Part shown: in pieces, positions 53,300 through 64,000 of the stretch
How the letters are laid out: each line of letters begins with the position of its first letter
How positions within the stretch are numbered: the stretch's first letter is position 1
NCBI RefSeq assembly: GCF_044704955.1
Contig: NC_091999.1
Coordinates: 66,030,001 to 66,094,000, forward strand
Source: Pristiophorus japonicus
Taxonomy: Eukaryota
Direction of reading: 5' to 3'
Length of the DNA: 64,000 bases
Notes under the pieces: model-generated
Told to the model about the DNA's origin: nothing
What the model saw: only the letters and a program-made list of their open reading frames with translations
The model's database searches: none
Translations under genes and position numbers: made by a program

Positions 53300-55987
53300 C
53301 ATAGAAACATAGTAACATTGTAACATAGAAAATAGGTGCAGGAGTAGGACATTTGGCCCTTCGAACCTGCACCGCCATTCAATGAGTTCATGGCTGAACA
53401 TGCAACTTCAGTACCCCATTCCTGCTTTCTCGCAATACCCCTTGATTCCCCCGAGAAGTAACGACGACATCGAACTCCTTTTTGAATATATTTATTGAAT
53501 TGGCCTCAACAACATTCTGTGGTAGAAAATTCCACAGGTTCATCACTCTCTTGGTGAAGAAGTTTCTCGTTATCTCGGTCCTAAATGGCTTACCCCTTAT
53601 CTATCGACTGTGACCTCTGGTTCTAGTGATTCCCAACATTGGGAACATTCTTCTTGCATCTAACCTGTCTAAATCCATCAGAATTATAAACGTTTCTTTG
53701 AGATCCCCTCTCATTCTTCTGAACTCCAGTGAATACAAGCCCAGTTGTTCCAGTATTTCTTAATATGTCACTCCCGCCATCCCGGGAGTCAGTCGGGTGA
53801 ACCTTCGCTTCACTCCCTCATTAGCAAGAATGTCCTTCCTCAAGTTCGGAGGCCGAAACTGTACACAATATTCCAGGTGAGGCCTCACCAAGGCCCTGTA
53901 CAACTGTAGTAACACCTCCATGCCCCTGTACTCAAATCCCCTCGCTATGAAGGCCAACATGCCATTTGCTTTCTTAACCGCCTGCTGTACCTGCATGCCA
54001 ACCTTCAATGACTGAGGTACCATGACACCAGGGTCTCGTTGCACCTTCCCTTTTCCAAAATTGTCACCGTTCAGATAATAGTCTGTCTCTCTGTTTTTAC
54101 CACAAAAGTGAATAACCTCACATTTATCCACATTATACTTCACCTGCAATGCATTTGCCCACTGACCTAACCTATCCAAATCACTCTGCTGCCTCATAGC
54201 ATCCTCCTCGTAGCTCACACTGCCACCCAACTTAGTGTCATCCGCAAATTTGGAGACACTACGTTTAATCTCCTCGTCTAAATCATTAATGTACAACGTA
54301 AACAGCTGGGGCCCCAGCACAGAAAATTGCGGTACCCCACTAGTCACTGCCTGCCATTCTGAAAAGTACCCATTTACTCCAGCCTTTGCTTCCTGTCTGA
54401 CAATCAGTTCCCAATCCACGTCAACACACTACCCTCAAACCCATGTGCTTTAACTTTGAACATTAATCACTTGTGTGGGACCATGTCGAAAGCCTTCTGA
54501 AAGTGCAAATACACCACATTAACTGGTTCTCCCTTGTCCACTCGACGGAAACATCCTCAAAAAATTCCAGAAGATCTGTCAAGCATGATTTCCTTTTCAC
54601 AAATGCATGCTGACTTGGACCTATCATGTCACCTCTTTCCAAATGTGCTGCTATTACATCCTTTATAATTGTTTCCATCATTTCACCCACTACTGATGTC
54701 AGGCTGACCGGTCTATAATTCCCTGTTTTTGCTCTCCCTTCTTTTTTGAAAAGTGCGGTTACATTGGCTACCCTCCACTCCATAGGAACTGATCCAGAGT
54801 CTATGGAATGTTGGAAAATGACTGTCAATGCATCTGCTATTTCTAAGACCACCTCCTTAAGTACTCTGGGATGCAGTCCATCAGGGCCTGGGGATTTATC
54901 AGCCTTCAATCCCATCAACTTCCCCAACACAATTTCCCGACTAATAAGTATATCCCTCAGTTCCTCCTTCTTACGAGACCCTCTGACCCCTTTTATATCC
55001 GGAAGGTTGGTTGTGTCCTCCTTCGTGAATAGCGAACAAAAGTAGTTGTTCAATTACTCTGCCATTTCTTTGTTCCCCGTTATGACTTCCCCTGATTCTG
55101 AGTGCAGGGGACATACGTTTTTCTTTACTAACCTTTTGCGCTTTACATATCTATAGAAGCTTTTGCAGTCTGTCTTAATGTTCCCTACATGCTTCCTCTC
55201 GTACTCTATTTTCCCTGCCTATATCAAACCCTTTGTCTTCCTCTGCTGAGTTCTAAATTTCTTCCAGTCCCCGGATTCGCTGCGATTTCTGGCCAATTTG
55301 TACGCCATTTCCTTTACTTTCGTACTATCTCTGATTTCCCTTGATAGCCACGGTTGAGCCACCTTCCCTTTTTTATTTTTACGCCAGACAGGGGTGTACA
55401 TTTGTTGTAGTTCATCCATGCGGTCTCTAAATGTCTGCCATTGCCCATCCACCATCAACCCCTTTAGTATCATTCGCCAATCGATCCTAGCCAATTCAAG
55501 TCTCAAAGCTTCAAAGTTTCCCTTCTTTAAGTTCTGGATCATGGTCTCTGAATTAACTGTTTCATTCTCCATCCTAAAGAGAATTCCACCATATTATGGT
55601 CACTCTTCCCCAAGAGGCCTCGCACAACGAGATTGCTAGTTATTCCTCTCTCATTACACAACACCCAGTCTAAGATATCCTCCCCCTAGTTGGTTCCTCG
55701 ACATATTGGTCTACAAACCATCCCTTATGCACTCCAGGAAATTCTCCTCCAACGTATTGCTTACAGTTTGGTTAGCCCAATCTAAATGCCTATTGAAGTC
55801 ACCCATGGTAACTGCTGCACTTTTATTGCATGCACCCCTAACTTCCTGTTTGATGACCTCCCCAACATCGCTACTACTGTTTGGAGGTCTGTACACAACT
55901 CCCACTAACGTTTTATGCACTTTGGTGTTTTGCAGCTCTAACCATATAGATTTCACATCATCTAAGCTCATGTCCTTCCTAACTATT
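53300..55987 (-). mobile_element. Best-preserved CR1 LINE ORF2 (APE endonuclease part + RT + 3' UTR), nested in an older CR1
   Basis: VGVVYRPPN, GDFN, KSPGPDGLHP, NYRPVSLTS, GVPQFSVLGP, KFADDTK. It splits host gagaacaatttc|cgtcctcatttcag. Frameshifted. Confidence 0.93.
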
Positions 55988-57768
55988 CGTCCTCATTTCA
56001 GTTTTAAATATGTGGCCCCTTATTCTGAAACTTTGTCGCCTAGTTTTATTTTCCCTTTTGAGTGGAAATATACTCTCTGCATCCACCTTGTCGAGCCCAC
56101 TCATTGTCTTATGTTTCAATAAGATCACCTCTCATTCTTCAAACACCAAAGAGTATAGGCCCAACCTACTCAATCTACCTTCATAAGTCAACCCCCTCAT
56201 CTCCGGAATCAATCGAGTAAAACTTCTCTGATCAGCCTCCAATGTAAGTATATCCTTCCTTAAATACGGAGAGCAAAGCCTTACGCAGAATTCTCGGTGT
56301 GGCCTCACCAATATCCTGTACAGTTCTGCCCGCTCACTTAGCCTGTCTATAACACTTTGCAGATTTTTGTGTCCTCCTCACGATTTTCTTTTTCACCCAT
56401 CTTTGTCTCATCAGCAAACTTGACTATATTACACTCAGTTCCTTCATCCAAGTCATTACTATAGATTGTAAATAGTTCAGGACCCAGCACCCATCCTTGT
56501 GGCACCGCACTAGTCACTATTCATCAACTGGAAAATGACGAATTTATCCCGATTCTCCAATCTGCTAGTTAGCCAATACTCTATCCATGCTGGTATATTA
56601 ACCCCAACCCCATGAACCTTTACCGTGTGCAGTAACCTTTTATGTTGCATCGTAGCGAATGCATTCTGGAAATCCAAATACACCACATCCACTGGCACCC
56701 CCTTATCTACCCTGTTCGTTACATCCTCAAAGAACTCCAGCAAATTTGTCAAGCATGATAACCCTTTCATTCAACCATGGTGATTCTGCTTGATTACATT
56801 GGGCTTTTCCAAATGTCCCGCTGCAGCTTCCTTAATAATGAACTCCAGCCTTTTCCCATTGGCTGACTTTCCACTCACTGATCAATAGTTTCTTGCTTTT
56901 TGCCTGCCATCTTTTTTAAAAAGGGGCATTGCATTTGCAGTTTTTCAATCTGCTGGGTCCGCCCTAGAATCCAGAGCATTTTGGTAGATTATAACCAAAG
57001 CATCCACTATCTCCGCAGCCATTTCGCTTAAGACCTTAGGATGTAAGCCATCAAGTCCAGCGGACTTTTCCGCCTTTAATGCCATTTTTTTACCGAGTAC
57101 TACTTCATTCGTAATAGTGATTGTAATAATTTCCTCCTTCCCTATAGCCCCTTGATTTTCCAATATTGGGATGTGTTTAGTGTATTCTACCGTGAAGTCC
57201 AATGCAAAATATTTCTTCAATGACTCTGCCATTTCCATGTTCTCCATTATTAATTCCCCAGTCTTATCATCTAGGTGACCAACATTTACTTTAGCTTATC
57301 TTTTACTTTTTATATACATGTAGAAACTCTTACTATCGGTTTTTACATTTCGTGCTAGTTTGCTTTCATAATCTAGCTTGCCTCGCTTTATCATTTATTT
57401 AGTTCTTTGCTAGCTTTTGAAAGTTTCCCAATCCTGTGGGCTCGCATTGGTCTTGGCCACATTGTAAGCATTCGTTTTCAATTTGATACCTTCCCTTTTT
57501 TCTTTAGTTAGCCAAGGATGGTTATCACTTCTGGTGCAGTCTTGCCTTCTCATTGGGATATATTTTTGTTGCGAGTTATGAAATATCTCCTTAAATGTCT
57601 GCCACTGCTCATAAACCGTCCCATCCTTTTATCTATTTTCCCAATCCACATTAGCCAACTCTGCCCTCATACATTTGTAGTCTCCTTTATTTAAGCTTAG
57701 GACACTGGATTGAGAACCAACTCTCTCGCCCTACAACTGAATTTGAAATTCATACATGTTATGGACAC
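55988..57768 (-). mobile_element. Host CR1 LINE continuation (3' part at 53048-53300)
   Basis: SCLTNLLEFFEDVT..VDKG.PVDVVYLDFQ; paralogue of 23920-25895. Confidence 0.88.
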
Positions 57769-59629
57769 TCGTAGATTAGTACAGCATAGAAGTTGCCAAT
57801 TTAGCCCATAGATTCTGTGCCAGCTCTTTCGAAGAGCAATCCAGTTGGTCTCAATCCCCCGCTCTTTCCCTATATCCCTCCATTTGTTTCTCCTTCACAT
57901 ATTTATACGATTTCCTTTTGAAGGCTATTATTGAATTTGTATCTTCCACCATAACATGCAGTACGCTCTAATTCCTAACCAGTGGTTGCTTAGCGAATTC
58001 CGTCCACATCTCGCCTCTGGTTCTTTTGTCAGTCACATTACATCTGAAAAAGTTTCTATTTATTTCCGAAATCTAAATCCTTGATGATTTTAAAAACGTC
58101 TATTAATTCTCTTCTTAGACTTCTCTCCTCTGAAGAGGAGAATCCCAACTTATCCTGTCTCTTCAGATTAACTGAATTCCCTCATAGCTGATGCCAGTCG
58201 ATTACACATGCCCTTAACCTTGCACCCTCCAAGGAGAACAATCCCATCTTCTCCAGTCTTTCCACATTAACTGGTCCCTCGTGCAGGTACCAAACTTCTG
58301 ATTCTCCTCTGAACCTTCTCTGCTCTGAGGAGAACAAACCCAGCTTCTGCAGCCTCTCCAAATAATTGTAATCCCACATCCCTGATGCTTTCCAATACAT
58401 CTCTTCTATAACCTCTCGAAAATCGCCATGTCATTCCTAAAGTTTGGTGCCCAGAATTTGACACATACTCCAGCTGGGACCGAACTAGTGTTCGAATCAT
58501 TCATCGCTGGTATGAAGCTGGCAAATCTCGCCTCAGCCTTCTCTGCTGTAAAGAGATAGTCCCAGCTTCTCCTAATCTGTCCACGTAGCGAGAGCTTGTG
58601 CCCTACCGTCCCGTACATACAATGGCAGTGAGCTCCAGGCAGGCACTGGCCCATCCTGAACAGCGATAAATGGAAGAATACAACAGCAGCTGAACGTCGA
58701 AGATATCTTAAAATAATGTTTAAAATTGGTTTCGCTTATTTTATTTATTTGAACAAGGGAAAAATATCCTGAATCACCCAAGTAGAATTTCTACCCAGTG
58801 CCAGTTTCCCAGTGCCAGCTCCCTCCCGAAAGTCACCATTTTATTTCTTGTCAGTTTTTTTCAGTGTGAGGGTTAAATATATATATTTGCCATCGCTCTC
58901 TCTTATTTGTTAATATATATGAAACCCGGTGAAGGAATTGGGTGCAGAAAATTCTAGCTGAGGAATCCGCATCGATGGAAGCAGAAACACTGCAAAAGGG
59001 AAAAATAAAAATTGGCTGAGCTGAGGGAGGGATGGAGTGAGGAGTGGAGCAACATAGGGGAGGAGTGATGGAGGGCTGGAGGGATGGATGACGAAAGGGA
59101 GGGATGGGTGCAGCGAGGGAGCGATTAATGGAGGGTGGGATGGTGGTATGGATGGCTGGAATTATTTGGAGGATGGGAGGGATGGAGGGAGGGAGGGATG
59201 ATGGGTGGAAGGTAAAGAGAGATGGATGGAGAGAGGGAAGGATGTTGGGCGGGAGTGATGGAGTATTTCCCAATTTACCCGATCAAAACATTTCAAGATT
59301 TTGAACACCTCTATTAAATGGCCCATAGACTGCACGGTTCGAAGGCGAACAATCCCAACTTCCAGCTTTTCTGATGGTGCAGCTCATACAGTGTAAAACT
59401 CAAGTTCCGTGAGTCCCTCTGCATCGGTCCCTTCCAGCTGTTTCTTGTGGAATCACTGGCACTTTTCTATGGACCCAGTGGAAATGCCATTGTGGGAAAG
59501 ACATCGCAAGCAGGATAATATAACTCGCCCCTGATAATAAACGGATCAGTATAAGACATAGCTCAAGCCCGCAACTACAGAGTCGATTTGTTGAATGGCA
59601 GCATTTTAAAATACAAGCTGTAATATGTT

Positions 59630-60055
59630 CAAGCCTCGGCTCAGTGGGATCACTCTTGCCTCTGCCTCAGAAGGTCACAGTTACTAATCCACATTCCAGA
59701 GACTTGGGCCCATCATCTATGCCGACACGCCTGGTGCCTGTACTGAGGAAGTGCTGCACGGACAGAGATGCCATCTTTCGGGGCTGACATGAAACTGAGG
59801 CCCCATCTTTACACTCAGGTAGATTTGAAGGACATATGGCACTATCTTAAAGAACAAAGGAGTTCTCCTGCGTTTCCCTCACCCAACATCTTAAAACCAG
59901 ATTATCTGATCATTATTTCATTGCTGTGTATGAGATCTTGTCGTGCACAAATTAGCAGCCACATTTCCTAAATTACCACACTTCCAAAGTTATTCATTGG
60001 CTGTAAAGCATTTGTGATATCATGAAGTCACGAAGCGCGCAATATAAATGCTAGT
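59630..60055 (+). mobile_element. DeuSINE (SacSINE1-like)
   Basis: Paralogue of 38285-38730. Confidence 0.75.
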
Positions 60056-61754
60056 TGTCTCAAAATGTCATCATTTTAAAATACAATTTGCGATACATGA
60101 AAAGCTCAGATATACTGTGATTTTAGGCACTCCTCTGGTTACTGGTTTAACTTGTTTAGTTTCAATGGGTTAAATCTTCCACTAAATGGATATCCAGTGG
60201 AATAGCAGCCTCTTCGGAGATGTTCCACTGATTGCGGCAGCAGAACTTGCAGAAGTGAATTATTAATTTTAATATTGATTCCCTTTGCTATAAATCACAT
60301 CTGTTCTAATTGACCAACATTGAAGCCCTCATCATTGTTCGAGATATATCTAAGAATGTTGTACCATCTGTCAATATTCTTAAAATAAGCCCTTGTTGTG
60401 AGTTGAGACTAATTGACTCTGTTGATCTGAATTTGTGGCCATGAACATTGCAAATGTTCAAACACAATAAATGTTCCCCGACCAAATCTCTCAACAGATT
60501 GCAGCAACAAATGATTTGTGGGACATGTCTCTAAGTTATAGGAGAATAAATTAAAAATGATATCCACGGTCAGAATGGGGAAATATTCTAGTCACCGTAT
60601 ATAGTAACAGCACAAATATGTCACTGGAGATTTCCTGCATCCTCTCCCTCTCATATTTCTACTTTCCAACTTGTCTCCGCAGATTGGATAATTGACCTTA
60701 CCTGACAAATGGATATCAACATCTGACAAACGTTTTTCTTGAGCCCTAATGACATGCCTTGAATCAATTTGATTGGAGTGTACAGAGGGAGCGTGTTACC
60801 AAAATGTGACCTGTGCCTTAAATGATCTGGGATTGTGTGATTGTACATTATCGAGGGAGCTTTACTCTCTAACTGACACATGATGTACCTGCCCTGGGAG
60901 TGTTTGATGGAGCAATGTAAAAGGCGTTTTCTTCAGTTTCTGACACATGCTGTACCTGGCCTGGAAGTGTTTGATGGGAGGGTATAGAGGGCACGTTATT
61001 CTGTATCAAACCCGTGCTGTATCTGCACTGGGAGTTACAGAGTGTAGTGCATTAATAACTGAGACAGGTTTCAGTGTAATGTAAACAGTAACCTGGTCTA
61101 ATTTTGTGAAAGGATGGGGCTAGTTTAATAAATACAAATGTCCGGGTCTAGTATAATATAAACTTAGACAGGGTCTTGTATAATTGGAACAAAGACATGG
61201 CATATTCCAGTAATATCTGAGACTGGGCCAATGCAATATTGGTAGAGGTAGTGCAGTAAAAACTGAGGTAGGGCTTCGTGCAGTAATTACTGATACAGGG
61301 ACATTTCTATATTCGTTCCTGGCATGTGGGTGTGGGTGACGCTGCCAAGGCCAACATTGATTGTCTATCCCTATTTGGCCTTGAGAAGCAGGTGGTGAGC
61401 TGCGGCCTTGAACTGCTACAGTCCGTGTGGTGAAGGGATCCCCAGTTTTAAGGAAGGGGTTCCACGATTTTGATCCAGTGACTATGAAGGAATGGTAATA
61501 AGTTTGCAAGTCAGGATGGTGTGTGATTTGGAGGAGTAGGTAGAGATGATGGTATTCCCCTGAGGCTGCTGCCCTGACCTTCCAGGTGGAAGAGATCATA
61601 GGTTTGGAAAGTGCTGTCGAGGATCTCTTGACGAGTTGCTGCAAAGCATCTTCGGGATTTTAATCACTGCAGACATGGTGCGCCGGTGGTGGAGAGAGGG
61701 AATATTTAACATGGTGGATGGGGTGAAATAAACTTGAGAAGTGTCTAGTATAGT

Positions 61755-62330
61755 GCAGAGATTTTGTTTCCTCGTCACACATTGCTTTTCTCCTATTTTT
61801 ATCATCAGCAAACTTGGCTATGTTACTCTCGGTCCCTTCTTCCAAGTCATTAGATTGCAACTTATTGGGGTTCCAGCACTGATCCCTGTGGCACGCCACT
61901 AGTTACTGATTGCCAACCCTCGAATGAACCATTTATCTGTTTTCTGTTAGTTAGCCAATCCTCCAACTATGCTAATATGTTAACCCCTGTGAACGTTGAT
62001 CTTGTGCCGTAACCTTTTATCTGGCACCTTGTCAAATGCCTTCTGGAAGTCCAAATTCACCACATCCACTGGTTCCCCTTTTTGCCACCCTGGTTGTTAC
62101 ATCCTCAAACAATTCTATCAAATTTGTCAAACATGACTTCCCCTTCATAAATCCATGCTGACTCTGCCTCACCGATTTTTGTTTTTCCAAATGTCCTGCT
62201 ACTGCTTCTTTAATAATGGACTCCAACATTTTCTCAAGCGCAGGTGTTAGGCTAACTGGTCAATTTTTCCTGATTTTGGTCTGCCTCATTTTTTAATAGT
62301 GGCGCTAAATTTGCAGTTTTCTCATCTGCT
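61755..62330 (-). mobile_element. Copy-5-specific CR1 RT fragment
   Basis: QHGFMKGKSCLTNL, KFADD. It replaces the 3' end of the older CR1. Confidence 0.8.
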
Positions 62331-63379
62331 AATCACCTTAAATCTGTGGCCTCTCTTCTCGATATTTCTGCCAATGGGAATAGTTTCTCTTTATCTATTC
62401 AGTCTCAAGCCCTTATGATTCTGAACACCTCGATCAAATCTCATCTCAACCTCTCTGCTCTAAGGAGAACAGCTCGAGCTTCTCCAGAGTATCCACATAA
62501 CCGAAGTACCGTATCCGTGGAACTACAATTGTAAATCTTTTCTGAGTCCTCTCTAAGACCTGCACAACCTTCCTAAAGAATTTGACCCAATAGACTAGGT
62601 GAGTCTGAACCAGTGTTTTATCAACTTTCATCATAACCTCTTTTCTTTTGTACTCTATGTGTTATTTATGAAGCCCAGAATCACGTAAGCTTTTTTGACC
62701 ACTTTCACAACCGGCCCTGCCACCTTCAATGATTTGTGCACATATACCCTTAGGTCACTGTCTTCATGCATCTCCTCTATCATTGAACCCTTTCGTTTAT
62801 TTAGCCTCTCTTCATTCGTCTTATCAATATGTATCATTTCACACTTTTCTCCGTTTAATTTGCCACGAGTGCAACCATTCCATCTGCATGTCTATGTCCT
62901 CTTGAAATCATCAATATCCTTCTCATTGTGCACTCTTCTTCCTAGTTTTGTGTTATCTGCAAATTTCGAAATTTCACCCTGTACTCCTAAGTCTAATTCA
63001 TGAATATAAATGAAGAAACGCAGTGTTCCTAGTACCACCCGCTGCAGAACACCAATGTATACCTTCCCCCAGTCCAAGAAAACAACAGGTCACCTCTACT
63101 CTGTGGTTCCTGTCACTCAGCCAATTTCATATCCATTCTGCCACTGTCCACTTCATTCTATGGGTTAAAATGTTTATGGAAAGTACCTTATCAAGACACT
63201 TTATCAAACGCCTTTTGGAAGTACACCACATCAACCTTATAAACTGTGACTGGGTCTAGTGCAGTAAAAACTGCGACGGCGTCTGCTGTAATCAGAGAAA
63301 TAATGCCAGATAATTACAGATTTATTAACACCCTGCCAGGTACAGGTGCAGTTTAATGTTTACCATCATGGGCACTACT

Positions 63380-63883
63380 CATAGAAACATAGAAAATATG
63401 TAGCGGAGATGGCCATTCGGCCCTTCGAGCCTGCAGCACCATTCAAAATCATCATGGCTGATAAACAATTTCAGTAACCCACTCCTGTCTTCTCTCCATA
63501 CCCCCTGATCCCTTTAGCAGTTAGGGCCATATCTAACTCTCTTTTGAATATATCCAACAAACTTGACTCAACAACTTTCGATGGTTGAGAATTCCATAGG
63601 TTCACATTTCTTTGGGTGAAAATGTTTCTCCTCATCTCGGTCCTAAATGGTTTACCCCCTTATCATTAAACTGTGACCCCTGGTTCTGGACTTCATCAAC
63701 ATCGCGAAATTATTCCTACATCTAACATGTCCAATCCCCTCAGAGTTTTATATGTTTCTATGAGATCCCCTCTCATTCTTCTAAATTCCAGTGAATATAA
63801 GCCTCATCGATCCAATCGGTCTTCATATGTCAGTCCTGCCATCCCGCGAATCAGTCTGGTGAACTATGGCTGCACTCCCTCAA
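63380..63883 (-). mobile_element. 5'-truncated CR1 ((TTTCTATG)n subfamily) inserted at the exon C donor of copy 5
   Basis: catagaaacatagaaa tail at 63380; the element abuts exon C sequence gtgtatatcaggg at ~63884. Confidence 0.88.
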
Positions 63884-64000
63884 GGTGTATATCAGGGTTT
63901 TCTCGGTGATGCTGAGGTGATCACTAGAAAATAAAGCGCACAGAGTGGCGGCTGGCTGCTCACTATCCTCGGTGGAACTTCATCTTCTTTCCCACTGAAT

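Larger units (their letters stand above)
58607..64000 (-). pseudogene. Copy 5 of the gene fragment (runs off the window end within exon C)
   Basis: C ~64000-63884, D 60722-60143 (SPVTYLCCYY ... VEHLRRGCYSTGYPFSGRFNPLKLNKL), E ~59590-59388 (splice sites mutated), F 58989-58926, G 58655-58607. Confidence 0.68.

Noticed and set aside
53300-55987. Potentially active LINE
   Set aside because: It is 5'-truncated within the endonuclease and ORF2 is broken into several frames.

Overview
Repeat-dominated vertebrate genomic DNA, almost certainly from a cartilaginous fish (shark-type CR1 LINEs, SacSINE1/DeuSINE-type SINEs, a 67-bp repeat typical of shark introns). There is no intact long protein-coding ORF: the ORF track is LINE debris and minisatellite read-through. 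Underneath the repeats is a tandem array of five 8-12.5 kb units (about 13.4 kb to the window end) plus an inverted partial copy at 1-330. Each unit carries up to seven conserved minus-strand exon-like islands (A-G) whose splice phases chain together. Copy 1 appears to continue into four further islands (H-K, 10.5-4.4 kb). My hand reconstruction gives a possible signal peptide, three WSC-like Cys motifs and a PKD-like H-x-F-x-x-x-G-K-Y-V motif. This suggests an amplified, pseudogenised polycystin-1-like (PKD1/REJ-family) ectodomain gene; the family call is inference. Copy-specific LINE insertions, deletions and minisatellite expansions record the array's history. All coordinates were read by eye, and repeat boundaries are approximate.
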